A stretch of DNA of 60,804 bases from a virus (Duplodnaviria > Caudoviricetes). Under the pieces are notes generated by a model, which was given only the letters and a program-made list of their open reading frames with translations, ran no database searches and was not told the origin of the DNA. Location of the stretch: IMG/VR virus record IMGVR_UViG_3300048592_000232, positions 1 through 60,804 of that record; one strand, given 5' to 3'. The position numbers were made by a program, and so were the translations under genes. Shown here piece after piece: positions 1 to 8,993 of the stretch. Position 1 is the stretch's first letter; every line of letters begins with the position of its first letter.

Positions 1-127
1 AGAGGAATGTCCATTGTGGGTTATCCCACGCCTGCTGTAACACGGCATCGATCCAGGCGGTAGGCACCCACTTACCGAACAAATCCGCCATGCTGCACAC
101 GAACACGTTGCGCTTGGCCATGCGCAA
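1..127. repeat. Terminal overlap identical to 60678-60804 (circular assembly)
   Basis: First 127 nt match the last 127 nt exactly, and an ORF reads continuously across the join. Confidence 0.97.
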
Positions 128-853
128 CACAGGGTCATCGATTGCCGACAAGTTGGGCGTCCTTGTGTTGGCCGGCGCGCTGAGTCGGTCGGGCAAGAAA
201 GACGGTGCGAACTTCTGAGGATAAAACCGATTTGCGATGTCCCTGGCGTAGCAGTATGGGCAATCGTGCAGGCAACCCGTTACCGGATTCCATGACCATG
301 CAGCCCACTCGATGTTGTCGTTGGTTTCGTTGAACGTGGACTTGCCGCCGTGCTGCATGAACAGCCAGTCACTGCGCTGCGCGTCGTTGGCGTCGTTCCA
401 CTCTTGCACGGAGATGGTAGCCGTCGCAGGCTTTTCGAGCTGCTCCTGTTCCGGTTCTTGCTTTCGGTACTCGTTGACAACCGCTTGCACGTGCGCCGCA
501 GTAACCTTGCCGTTTGTGGCTGTCTCGACTGCACGTTGCCACACTTCCCGCTGCTGTTCGGGTTCAAGGACGGTCAACGGGCGCGCTTGGCTTTCGGTGA
601 CTGGGATTTGTGTCCAATTGGACACATTCTCGACAACCTGCGCAGCGTCAATCAACCGGTATGCATGGCGGCGTTCCATGCTCCACCGCTCACGGCAATA
701 GTCCTCAAAGGTGCCGTGCGATGTGCGATACAGGCGGCTGTCTCGAATCTCCAACAATGCATTGCCGACATGCACGAAGGTTTGCATACCGGCGTCAATC
801 ACCGATTCCAGCACTTCCAGCCGTTGCACTTCTGTTGTTGTTAATGCATCCAT
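1..853 (-). CDS. 5' part of DUF5131 (Gp37/Gp68-like, three-Cys radical-SAM-like) protein with an extra N-terminal helical domain; continues at 60677-60301 (409 aa total)
   Basis: Manual translation from ATG 853 (purine-rich RBS upstream): MDALTTTEVQRLEVLE...NIEWAAWSWNPVTGCLHDCPYCYARDIA, in frame with the 60301-60804 ORF; missed by the ORF track because it spans the join. Confidence 0.85.
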   Translation of the reverse strand, partial: MDALTTTEVQRLEVLESVIDAGMQTFVHVGNALLEIRDSRLYRTSHGTFEDYCRERWSMERRHAYRLIDAAQVVENVSNWTQIPVTESQARPLTVLEPEQQREVWQRAVETATNGKVTAAHVQAVVNEYRKQEPEQEQLEKPATATISVQEWNDANDAQRSDWLFMQHGGKSTFNETNDNIEWAAWSWNPVTGCLHDCPYCYARDIANRFYPQKFAPSFLPDRLSAPANTRTPNLSAIDDPVLRMAKRNVFVCSMADLFGKWVPTAWIDAVLQQAWDNPQWTFL

Positions 854-857
854 TCCC

Positions 858-2117
858 CTACCCCCTCACTTTCGTTGTGTACTCGTTCAAAATCTTCAAC
901 GTCTTCGGCGACAGTTCCATCTCGCCCGCCGCGTCGAAGTAGTCACACAGAATCCCACGCACCATCTCCGTATCGCCGCCTGTCAGGTACTTGAAGCGCA
1001 GGTAGGCGATCACAAACTGCAAGTGGCCGAGCTGCAACAGGTCGTTGGCGTCCTTGCCTTCCAGCGACTGGGTCGCAGCGACCAGCCCGGACGCACCCGC
1101 CGCAATGTCTGCGCGCACCCTGGCCGCCCGATCCGGCTCATCCATCCAGACAAGCACCTTGCCGTAACGGTGCAAGAACGCCAACATCCCCGGCGTGAAC
1201 TTGGTGTCCTGGCTGCCGATGCTCATCACGTCCACGTTGGCGGTGTGCGCTTCCTGCCAGATGGACATCGCATTCAGTTCGCCCTCGCAGACAATCACCG
1301 TGCGCAGCCGTTCGGTGGGACGCTCCCCCGGCAGCAGCTTCACCAGGTGAAAGCCCGGCAAGCCAGCGCCGCCCCACAGCAGCCCGACAAACTCGCCGCG
1401 CCCGCTCTGCTTGTAACTCTTGCCGAGGGGGTTAGTCTGCTTCTCGATGAAGCGGTAGCGAACGCCCTTCAGGACATTGCCCGACCACCACGGCATGACA
1501 ATCGCCGGCGCTTTCTGCTTGCCCTCCGTCCCCGGCACCGGCACGGCTGGATCAAAGCCCAGCCCGAAGCGCTCCCACGTGGCGCGCTTGAAGCCGCGGC
1601 CTTCCAGGTACGCCACACCCGGCGCACCGTCCAACCCCGCTAAAATCGCCTGAGAGCGTTTCAGTTTGTCGGTGTAATATTCCGGGTCGAATTTTTTGGT
1701 TTCGCTCAATTTCGTGGCCTCTACGCCCGATGGCGGGGCTATTGCGCTAACGGCGCGGGTGATATTTTTCGGCGCCGTTGATTTTCCGGCAAACGTGCGC
1801 CCTGTCAGCGTTCTTACCGCGTCCGAGACGGACACCTTGTCGTAGTAGGTGATGAAATCTATCGGGTCCTTCCAGCCCTTCTCTTCCAGCGGGTAGCAAA
1901 TCCGGCAGAACCAGCCGTTCTTTTCCACCGAAACGTGTAGCCGATCCTCGCCTCCGCAGTACAAACAAGGACCGCTAAACTCCGAGCGCCCCGCTTCCGG
2001 CGTCAACTGCGCCCCATGCGCAATCGCCAGATCGAGGATCGGCTTCCGCTTGGCCTCTGCCAGCAAATCCCCGTTACTGTCCCCGTGACTGAATTTCCGT
2101 CCCACCGTTGCGTACAT
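858..2117 (-). CDS. DNA primase (CHC2-type zinc finger + TOPRIM)
   Basis: GPCLYCGGEDR...WFCRIC zinc finger; AYLEGRG; VCEGELNA and DEPD/GKDAND TOPRIM motifs. Confidence 0.85.
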   Translation of the reverse strand: MYATVGRKFSHGDSNGDLLAEAKRKPILDLAIAHGAQLTPEAGRSEFSGPCLYCGGEDRLHVSVEKNGWFCRICYPLEEKGWKDPIDFITYYDKVSVSDAVRTLTGRTFAGKSTAPKNITRAVSAIAPPSGVEATKLSETKKFDPEYYTDKLKRSQAILAGLDGAPGVAYLEGRGFKRATWERFGLGFDPAVPVPGTEGKQKAPAIVMPWWSGNVLKGVRYRFIEKQTNPLGKSYKQSGRGEFVGLLWGGAGLPGFHLVKLLPGERPTERLRTVIVCEGELNAMSIWQEAHTANVDVMSIGSQDTKFTPGMLAFLHRYGKVLVWMDEPDRAARVRADIAAGASGLVAATQSLEGKDANDLLQLGHLQFVIAYLRFKYLTGGDTEMVRGILCDYFDAAGEMELSPKTLKILNEYTTKVRG

Positions 2118-2138
2118 GACTCTCTCCCTTCCAGAAAA

Positions 2139-2167
2139 AGAATATCACCCAGGCTGATAAATGTCAA
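2139..2167 (-). promoter_or_regulatory. Sigma70-type promoter for the primase operon
   Basis: Minus strand TTGACA-17nt-TATTCT with extended -10 (GGGTGATATTCT). Confidence 0.7.
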
Positions 2168-2266
2168 GCATAAAGTATCGGCCTGTTTGATATTTATGTC
2201 ATGCTGGAACTGGACATTTTATGTCGAGTGGTGATCGGCGGCGCGGGGAGTATTTTTGGGTTGCTT

Positions 2267-2398
2267 TTCAGACGGGAAGGATGAAACGGGGGTTCTGAGT
2301 CTCTCTATCCCCCTAGTGTATATATATCTTTAGATATATATATACACGTAGGGGATATAGAGAGACTTGAAACCGCTGATTTCCCTTCCCGGTCTGAA
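2267..2398. repeat. Long imperfect inverted repeat with AT-rich core (hairpin A), origin-like
   Basis: ttcagac gggaagg...agtctctctatccccctagtgtatatatatct TT agatatatatatacacgtaggggatatagagagact...ccttccc ggtctgaa. Confidence 0.85.
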
Positions 2399-2454
2399 GC
2401 TCAAAAACAGGGGTTTACATCTTCAAATCACGCTTTTCCTGGCAGGCAATTTTG

Positions 2455-2635
2455 TTTGTGGAGAGTTTGAGAGTAGTTTGTGAGCAAATCGTGGACAATT
2501 AGTGGAGGCTTTGAGAACCTTACAAAAACCGCCGTTTTACTCTGGATAGATTTCCATAAAATTGAGTTAGCGGGCAATTAGTGGACAATTAGTGGAGGCT
2601 TGACGGTAAATTTGCGGTATGTTCACGGTATGTTT
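2455..2635. repeat. Degenerate 11-bp-period array containing a 73-bp block (2521-2593) duplicated at 24311-24383
   Basis: CAATTAGTGGA tandem units; gtggacaattagtggaggctt at 2491 and 2581; acggtaaattt/gcggtatgttc/acggtatgttt. Confidence 0.75.
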
Positions 2636-2723
2636 GTGACGCCTTGACGGTACGGCGTATATGCGCTATGCTGGTATGCGTAAGAGCCGATAAATCCATG
2701 TTTTGCTGATAGGGGAGATTGCA

Positions 2724-3032
2724 ATGTCTAAGAGGAATTTTGTTGCAGCCTGTGAGGCACACCAGCGTGTCGCCGAGATGCTGAAGGCCATTCAGGAACG
2801 CCGTGCATCCACCGCTTCGGTGGTGATGCGGATGCTTATCTATGAAGCTGCTGAGCGGACAAACGATAAGCGGATGCGCTTTGACAGGGCGTACACCGGC
2901 GGGGTAAGCATCCATGTTGACCTGTCGCGTGAAGAACGTGACAGGTTCCGTGAGATTCAGAAGCGGTGGGGGCTGTCGGCCAGCGACACGCTGCGCCATC
3001 TCATCGTAGAGGAATACGAGCGGATGGCGTAG
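2724..3032 (+). CDS. Small DNA-binding protein, probable tandem ribbon-helix-helix
   Basis: RBS AGGGGAG; two RHH-like units (SIHVDLSREERDRF...SASDTLRHLI); upstream TTGACG-17-TATGCT promoter. Confidence 0.55.
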   Translation: MSKRNFVAACEAHQRVAEMLKAIQERRASTASVVMRMLIYEAAERTNDKRMRFDRAYTGGVSIHVDLSREERDRFREIQKRWGLSASDTLRHLIVEEYERMA

Positions 3033-3036
3033 CGTG

Positions 3037-4494
3037 TTAGCGCGTCACGATCTGGGTGACGTTCCCGCCTTCGACCCAGATCGTGGCATGGCGCTTGAGG
3101 AATGCGTTGACCTTGACGATGTCGTAGTCGTCGCCGGTCAGCATGTCAACCGTGACGGCGACGAACTCTTGCAGCCGCTCAACCCGGTTGGCAACGTCGG
3201 CGTGTGTTGCCTGGTTGCGCCGGGCGATCAGTTGCAACTCTGCGTTGCGTTGCTGATTGCGGATGCGCGTCATGTGCGCTTGAAATTCTTCCAGGTCGAG
3301 AATGCCGTCAGTGTAGGCGCGTGTGAGCCGGTCTCGCTGCTGGGTCAAATCCTGCAAGGCAGTTTCAAGCTCTGCGATCTCTTTTTCGATTGGCGCCGTG
3401 TCTTGACGCAGCGACTCAATCATTGAGTCGTAGGTTTCCCGCCTTCTGATCTCGCCGATGTAGAGCAGAAGTGCAAAGGTAACGGCGCTTTCCCCGATCA
3501 GCGTCTTCGTGCACCTCTCCGCTTGGTTGCGCCGGTTGCTGCACACGTAGATGCGATCCGTGCGTCCGTAGCCTGCATTGTGAATGTGTTTGCGACCGTT
3601 CGACGCCAGCCGGCCTCCGCACTGCTGGCAGCGCAGGATGCCGCTGTACAACGCTGGCGACGAAACCGAACGCCTAGCCTCACTGCGTCGCGCTCGTTCG
3701 CTCTCGACTTCCTGCGCGGTGTCTTCGCTGACGATGGCTTCCCAGACGCCGCGGTTGCGCATGGGATCGTGCTTCTTGCTTTTCAGCCGGTACTGCGCAT
3801 AGCCCGCATATGTCCAAATCGTGTTGATGACATGTTCTGCCGTGCTGATCCCGATGCCTAGTTCCGTGGCGATCTTGCGCAGAGATAGCCCCTCGTACAG
3901 GTACAACTCGACGATGCGCTTGACCGTCTGCGCCTCTTGCGCATGGATCACATAATCGCCGTCGCCCTTTTTGCGGTAGCCAAACGGTGGGCGACCCGGC
4001 ATTTTGCCTGCCTTGATTCTGGCTTCCATACCAAAGGCGTGGCGCTTGCGCAGGTTGATCAGCTCCATCTGCAAGAAAAGACCTTCAATGCCGTAGGTGA
4101 TTTGCCCGCCAATCGACATGGCTTGTTCGTTGGCGTCAAGGGACTGCGGCGGCGAAGAACGCAAGTAGATGGCGCACCCGTTGGCGTGGCAGATGTCGAT
4201 TACCTGGCTGGCGAGCGCCGTCCTCCTGCCGAGCCGAGACAGGTCACGGGCGATCAGGATGTCAGCCGCGCCAGCCTTGACCATCTCACGCAGTTGGCGG
4301 TAGGCGAGAATGTTCGTTTCGGCGTCTACGAACTCCGTGTACTCTCTTGATTGTCCCGGCACATCCAGCACGGCAACAATCTCCGCGCCGATTTTGCGCG
4401 CGGCGGCTTCGTTCTCGCGGCGCTGTTCGTCGGGTGACTCCTTCTCCGCTTGTGGTCTGCTGGACACTGCAATCCAGGAAATTGCACGGCGCAT
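3037..4494 (-). CDS. Large serine recombinase (integrase)
   Basis: N-terminal resolvase domain (AVSSRPQ; DLSRLGR), GRPPFGY recombinase domain, SGILRCQQCG...YVC zinc ribbon, C-terminal coiled coil. Confidence 0.92.
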   Translation of the reverse strand: MRRAISWIAVSSRPQAEKESPDEQRRENEAAARKIGAEIVAVLDVPGQSREYTEFVDAETNILAYRQLREMVKAGAADILIARDLSRLGRRTALASQVIDICHANGCAIYLRSSPPQSLDANEQAMSIGGQITYGIEGLFLQMELINLRKRHAFGMEARIKAGKMPGRPPFGYRKKGDGDYVIHAQEAQTVKRIVELYLYEGLSLRKIATELGIGISTAEHVINTIWTYAGYAQYRLKSKKHDPMRNRGVWEAIVSEDTAQEVESERARRSEARRSVSSPALYSGILRCQQCGGRLASNGRKHIHNAGYGRTDRIYVCSNRRNQAERCTKTLIGESAVTFALLLYIGEIRRRETYDSMIESLRQDTAPIEKEIAELETALQDLTQQRDRLTRAYTDGILDLEEFQAHMTRIRNQQRNAELQLIARRNQATHADVANRVERLQEFVAVTVDMLTGDDYDIVKVNAFLKRHATIWVEGGNVTQIVTR

Positions 4495-4511
4495 GGTGTT
4501 CTCTCTCCAAA

Positions 4512-4538
4512 CAAAAAAGCGGCGACCTTTCAGCCGCC
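4512..4538 (-). terminator. Intrinsic terminator between repressor and integrase
   Basis: Minus strand ggcggc-tgaaag-gtcgcc-gc followed by TTTTTT. Confidence 0.55.
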
Positions 4539-4563
4539 ACTTACATGATTTTGGTTCGTGTGT

Positions 4564-5010
4564 TCAGGCCAGCGTGAATGTTCTGAGAAACGAGATAAGC
4601 GTTTTGCGTCTGTCGGATGGCGTTGATTGCACCAGTGCGCACAGTTCCTCGATTTCCGCCGCCGACTCTGGGCTATCCAAGTGTACGATCAGGACATCTT
4701 CGTCCCGCCTTGCGGGTAGCATCGGGTCTTCAGTCAACAGAACGAGAAAATCAGTCGTGGTTTTCAGCACGATGGCGAGTGCCTTGAGAAGCTGCCCGCT
4801 TGGATAGGTGTCCCCTCGTTCCAGTTCTGAGATGTAGGATTGCCCAACCTTTACGCCTCCTTCCAGGTCAAGCATTGAGGTCAGTTGTTCTTGCGTCATG
4901 CCCATATTGCGACGCAAGAAAAGAATCCGTTTACCGGGGGTGTCCAGTAACGTGTTTTCGTGTCGGTCTTTGCCCTTTCGCACCTTGCCTCCTTTGCGCT
5001 GATACTCCAT
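4564..5010 (-). CDS. XRE/HTH immunity repressor (CI-like)
   Basis: GKRILFLRRNMGMTQEQL...QSYISELERG...LKALAIVLKTTTDFL; upstream of integrase and divergent from early genes. Confidence 0.88.
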   Translation of the reverse strand: MEYQRKGGKVRKGKDRHENTLLDTPGKRILFLRRNMGMTQEQLTSMLDLEGGVKVGQSYISELERGDTYPSGQLLKALAIVLKTTTDFLVLLTEDPMLPARRDEDVLIVHLDSPESAAEIEELCALVQSTPSDRRKTLISFLRTFTLA

Positions 5011-5142
5011 TATCCATCATACCACGCCGATTTTGTTCGTATCGCCAACGCTGATAAATCTCGGAAAAATGATTGACATTTTGCTTGCTTGCTGGTAGGA
5101 TCATCACCAGCAACGATAAATTCATTCGGGAGAGGATAGATA

Positions 5143-5361
5143 ATGGCAAGACCACAGATACGCAACGAATTTGCGGCGGAAGTGCGCAAAGGCATTTACA
5201 TCATGCCGGAAACGCGCGACCGCCTGAACGATGTCAAGAAGCGTTTGGCGCAGAGCGCAGGCGCTGCACTGTCGCAGGACGACGTAATTGAACTGGGTCT
5301 GGCGCTGATCGACCACGTTGGCACCGACAGCGCCGTTTTGCTGTTGGAAGGGAGAAAGTAG
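5143..5361 (+). CDS. Cro-position small DNA-binding protein
   Basis: Divergent from repressor; TTGACA-17-TAGGAT promoter at 5073-5101; RHH-like pattern. Confidence 0.55.
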   Translation: MARPQIRNEFAAEVRKGIYIMPETRDRLNDVKKRLAQSAGAALSQDDVIELGLALIDHVGTDSAVLLLEGRK

Positions 5362-5505
5362 CATGGAGATCGTCATCAAGCACCCATTGGCGCCGCCTAT
5401 CGTTGTCCGGTTTACCGCTCGACCAGAACGTCTTGCCTCAAATCTCATTACCGACGCCTTAAAGACTGCTGAAGCTGCAAGAATATCACCTAAACCGATA
5501 ATATC

Positions 5506-5769
5506 ATGACAGAACTGATAGCCTTCGTCGCGGGTATCATCTGGGGTGTTATCTGGGTGTCATTTTTGTACGGCACCAAACGCGGTCGGTGGGTGCGCAT
5601 GTATCGCACCTGGATCACGGTCGTTGTCGGTGTGGGTGTCACCCTGCTGATCCAGGGCGTCGTCTTCGGCGTGGACGTGGCCGTCAGCGCGCTGATCGTC
5701 TTTGCCGGGTCAGGCACGCCGATCATCCTGGCAAGCCTGTACGACGAATACAAGCGAGACACCGAATAA
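5506..5769 (+). CDS. Small multi-pass membrane protein
   Basis: Three hydrophobic segments in 87 aa. Confidence 0.6.
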   Translation: MTELIAFVAGIIWGVIWVSFLYGTKRGRWVRMYRTWITVVVGVGVTLLIQGVVFGVDVAVSALIVFAGSGTPIILASLYDEYKRDTE

Positions 5770-6047
5770 TGGCGACGCCGACACGCCTTGCCAACAAAAC
5801 GATAGCCTCACTGGAGGCAGCGTTTGCACGGCTGGACAAGGCGAGTGCGGACATGTCCGTCCTGAATGAGTACCTGGAAACGGAAATGTCCGAGGCAAGG
5901 TTAAACATGGATCGGCGCCGACAGGCACGCGCCGGCGAGGCCGCGGCAGCGGTTGCACGTATCACGACAAACCTCTGGGTCATCGAGCGAATCCTCAATG
6001 ATGCCCGCTTGGGCAGATTCGACGACTTGCGCTACCCTGAGCAATAA
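5769..6047 (+). CDS. Hypothetical helical protein
   Basis: ATG overlapping the upstream stop (TAATG). Confidence 0.55.
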   Translation: MATPTRLANKTIASLEAAFARLDKASADMSVLNEYLETEMSEARLNMDRRRQARAGEAAAAVARITTNLWVIERILNDARLGRFDDLRYPEQ

Positions 6048-6125
6048 TTATCACTCTCAGCAATAATAAATGCTTGACATTTACCAGCACAAGTGATAAT
6101 CTGTTCTCTGCAAGGAGACAGAGAA

Positions 6126-8993
6126 ATGGTCACACTACGTGAATATCAAAAAGAGGCACGTGATGCCGTGTGTACGGCATGGGCGGAAGGGACGCACAGC
6201 GTCATTGTCGTGCTTCCCACGGGAATGGGCAAATGCTTGGGATGGCAGGAAGACGTATTTCTAGGGAACGGCAGTATCGTTCCTGCATACACACTTGTCG
6301 GCAAGACGGTTGACGTTATCGGAGTGACGGATACTGAGACGATGCAAAAGGTTTCAGTATCTGCAACGTTCACGGATAACGGAATCCGGGATGTGTATCG
6401 AGTCACGTTTGATAATGGTACTTCGATCATACGGACGGCAGAACACCCGTTGTGGACTGCGCGTATGAAAAAATACCACGTAAACGCGCAGACGGGGAAG
6501 GATTGCACGGTTCCGATTGACGCGGGTTGGGTGCAGACAAAAGATATTCTGCCCACCGGGAATCGTCGGGCGTATTACGATATGGGACACGTTGTTTTGT
6601 CCCCTGTCGGACTTCCCATGAAGGGATACGAAGTAGACCCAGATATTGTATTTCTGGCTGCGTTATTCTTTGCTGAAGGCGCGTTGTCAAATGGCGATGC
6701 AAGATTCTCTACTTCTGACCCCGAAACACTAGAACGCGCCCGCGTCATTGCAGCACGATATGGATGCAGGGTGCAACATATCGCAAACTACGATTATGCC
6801 CTGAGACTAGAAAACGGCACGCGTAATCCTATTACAAAGATTCTGAAGGAATGGGGCATGTGGGGGAAGCGCGCCGAACAAAAAACAATCCCCTCAGAGA
6901 TTATGCAAGGGGACGATCAAACAATCGCCCTGTTTTTGCGTCACCTTTGGGACATGGACGGATGGTATTCGTTCCAGCGGGACACCGCCAAAGCTCCGCA
7001 GATTGGTATAGCACTCGCCACAAAAGAGGGGGTTGAACAAGTCTCAAAACTCGCCCATCGCCTGGGAATCGTCGGTGGTCGAATCCGCTATCAAAAAAAT
7101 GAGAAACGCGGTGCATATCGATGGGTATCGAGCGAAGTAGAAAAATGGCAACAGATTATCGGCGCGAACGTCAAAGCGCAAAATCTTGCGGATTGCGTAA
7201 CGCATAATCAGGCACGAATCGAGGGGCGAAAATCTGAATGGCTTGCATGGCGCACGGCGCGCACGGATGGCAAGTTTGCAGATTGCCCGGAAGGGTATCG
7301 ATGGCTGAAAGTCGTTTCGGTCGAAGCGTTGCCCCCTCAGTCCACCGTGTCTATCGAGGTACATAACGACAATCATGCCTTCCTGGGATACGCGGTCGAG
7401 CATAACACGCATCTGCTGCTTTCTGTATTGGCGGCAGAGCGGGACGGCGGACAGTTAGGTCGAGCAATCATCCTGGCGCATCGCAAGGAGTTGATTGACC
7501 AGCCTGCCAGACGCATCGAAGAATTCTTCCTGGGACAATTGCCCATCCCCGGCATTGTCATGGGTGGGCGCAACGATGCCGGTGCGGAAGTCATCTGCGC
7601 GACCGTGCAGACGCTGTCCAGAGAGCGCCGTTTACGGGAAGTGCTGAGACATGGCCCCGTCACGCACCTTATCATTGATGAGGCGCACCATGCCGCCGCG
7701 AGCGGCTACGTCGAAGTCATCGAGCACTTGCGCAGCGTCAATCCCCATCTGCGCATCTTGGGCGTCACTGCGACCCCGAACCGATCCGACGCAGCGGCTT
7801 TGACCGTCTTCGACAAGCAGGTCTATAAGAAGACGATCAAGGATGCCATCCACAACTACAAAGTGCTGGTGCCTTTCGTCGCGATGGGAATCAAACTCCC
7901 GGTTGACATCAGCCGGGTCAAAATCCAACAGGGCGACTACAGCGCGGGCGAGCTTGGCAGCGTCATGGACGTTGCCAACGCCAATGACATCATTGTCGAG
8001 ACGTGGAAGAAGCACGCCAGCGACCGCCTGACGATGGCATTCACAGCCACCGTAGCACACGCCAAGCACCTGGCCGAGGCATTCCAGGATCACGGCGTCC
8101 GGGCGGAATGGGCGTCAGCAGACACGGCGAAAGAAGACCGAGACGCCATGCTGAAACGCTTCGAGCGTGGCGAAACCCGTGTTATTGTCAACTGCGCTTT
8201 ATTCACGGAGGGGTTAGATGTCCCCAACATCTCCTGTGTCCTCATGGCACGCCCGACGCAGAGCAATACCGTCTACACTCAGGCGGTCGGGCGTGGACTA
8301 CGGACGTTTCCCGGCAAAGAGAACTGCCTGATCCTTGACTTCGTGCCGACCAGCAACAAGAGCCTGTTGACCGGCAATGCGTTGCTGGAAGGCAAGCCGC
8401 TGGAACAGAGAAAGGCCGAAGACGCTGCGATGAAGCAGGGAACCATCCTGGAAGTCATCGGGATGGACATTCAGGGGAACGGCATTGACGCCGATCCGGA
8501 CACGGTTGTCATGCAAGCGTTGAACCTGCTAGGCAGTGCGCCGCTCGCATGGACATTCGACGGCAAGTTAGCGACGGCGGGTGGCGGGCAGAATTTGACG
8601 CTTGTCATTGTGTCGCCGCAGGAAGACAGAGTTGCAAAGGCGCAGCAACTCAAGGCGGCGGGGCAATGGAAGCCGGAATGGGACGCCAGCTTCGAGCGCA
8701 TCTCTGCCTACTCCGTCTACGCCGTCAACGGCAGCGTGTCGCACATCGGCAGTGTTGCGGAGTGGAGCGGCGCGGTGGAAGTGGCGCAGGACTACGTCGA
8801 GGAATACGGCGATCCCATGCTTGCCCGCAAATCGAAAAGTTGGCGCGGCGACGCGGCGACAGCAGGACAGCGCGGCATGATGAAGCGTCTCGGCGTCCCC
8901 TACAAGCCCGGCATGAGCAAAGGCGAGGCCTCACAAGCCATCGCTCACAAAATGGCCGAAATTGAACTCAAGAAAGTGGGCATACTGGCATGA
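6126..8993 (+). CDS. SF2 DEAD/DEAH-box (Res/III-like) helicase interrupted by an intein
   Basis: LREYQ, PTGMGK/T, IIDEAHH, GVTATP, TEGLDVP, QAVGRGLR; promoter TTGACA at 6074. Confidence 0.92.
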   Translation: MVTLREYQKEARDAVCTAWAEGTHSVIVVLPTGMGKCLGWQEDVFLGNGSIVPAYTLVGKTVDVIGVTDTETMQKVSVSATFTDNGIRDVYRVTFDNGTSIIRTAEHPLWTARMKKYHVNAQTGKDCTVPIDAGWVQTKDILPTGNRRAYYDMGHVVLSPVGLPMKGYEVDPDIVFLAALFFAEGALSNGDARFSTSDPETLERARVIAARYGCRVQHIANYDYALRLENGTRNPITKILKEWGMWGKRAEQKTIPSEIMQGDDQTIALFLRHLWDMDGWYSFQRDTAKAPQIGIALATKEGVEQVSKLAHRLGIVGGRIRYQKNEKRGAYRWVSSEVEKWQQIIGANVKAQNLADCVTHNQARIEGRKSEWLAWRTARTDGKFADCPEGYRWLKVVSVEALPPQSTVSIEVHNDNHAFLGYAVEHNTHLLLSVLAAERDGGQLGRAIILAHRKELIDQPARRIEEFFLGQLPIPGIVMGGRNDAGAEVICATVQTLSRERRLREVLRHGPVTHLIIDEAHHAAASGYVEVIEHLRSVNPHLRILGVTATPNRSDAAALTVFDKQVYKKTIKDAIHNYKVLVPFVAMGIKLPVDISRVKIQQGDYSAGELGSVMDVANANDIIVETWKKHASDRLTMAFTATVAHAKHLAEAFQDHGVRAEWASADTAKEDRDAMLKRFERGETRVIVNCALFTEGLDVPNISCVLMARPTQSNTVYTQAVGRGLRTFPGKENCLILDFVPTSNKSLLTGNALLEGKPLEQRKAEDAAMKQGTILEVIGMDIQGNGIDADPDTVVMQALNLLGSAPLAWTFDGKLATAGGGQNLTLVIVSPQEDRVAKAQQLKAAGQWKPEWDASFERISAYSVYAVNGSVSHIGSVAEWSGAVEVAQDYVEEYGDPMLARKSKSWRGDAATAGQRGMMKRLGVPYKPGMSKGEASQAIAHKMAEIELKKVGILA
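6234..7406 (+). mobile_element. Intein (391 aa) with LAGLIDADG-type homing endonuclease, inserted in Walker A
   Basis: GK|CL start, TAEHPLW block B, LFFAEG and LWDMDG endonuclease motifs, HN|T end; lower GC than flanks. Confidence 0.92.

Noticed and set aside
2267-2398. Protelomerase (telRL) site of a linear phage-plasmid
   Set aside because: No protelomerase or tyrosine-recombinase gene is recognisable, the palindrome is imperfect and there are two copies
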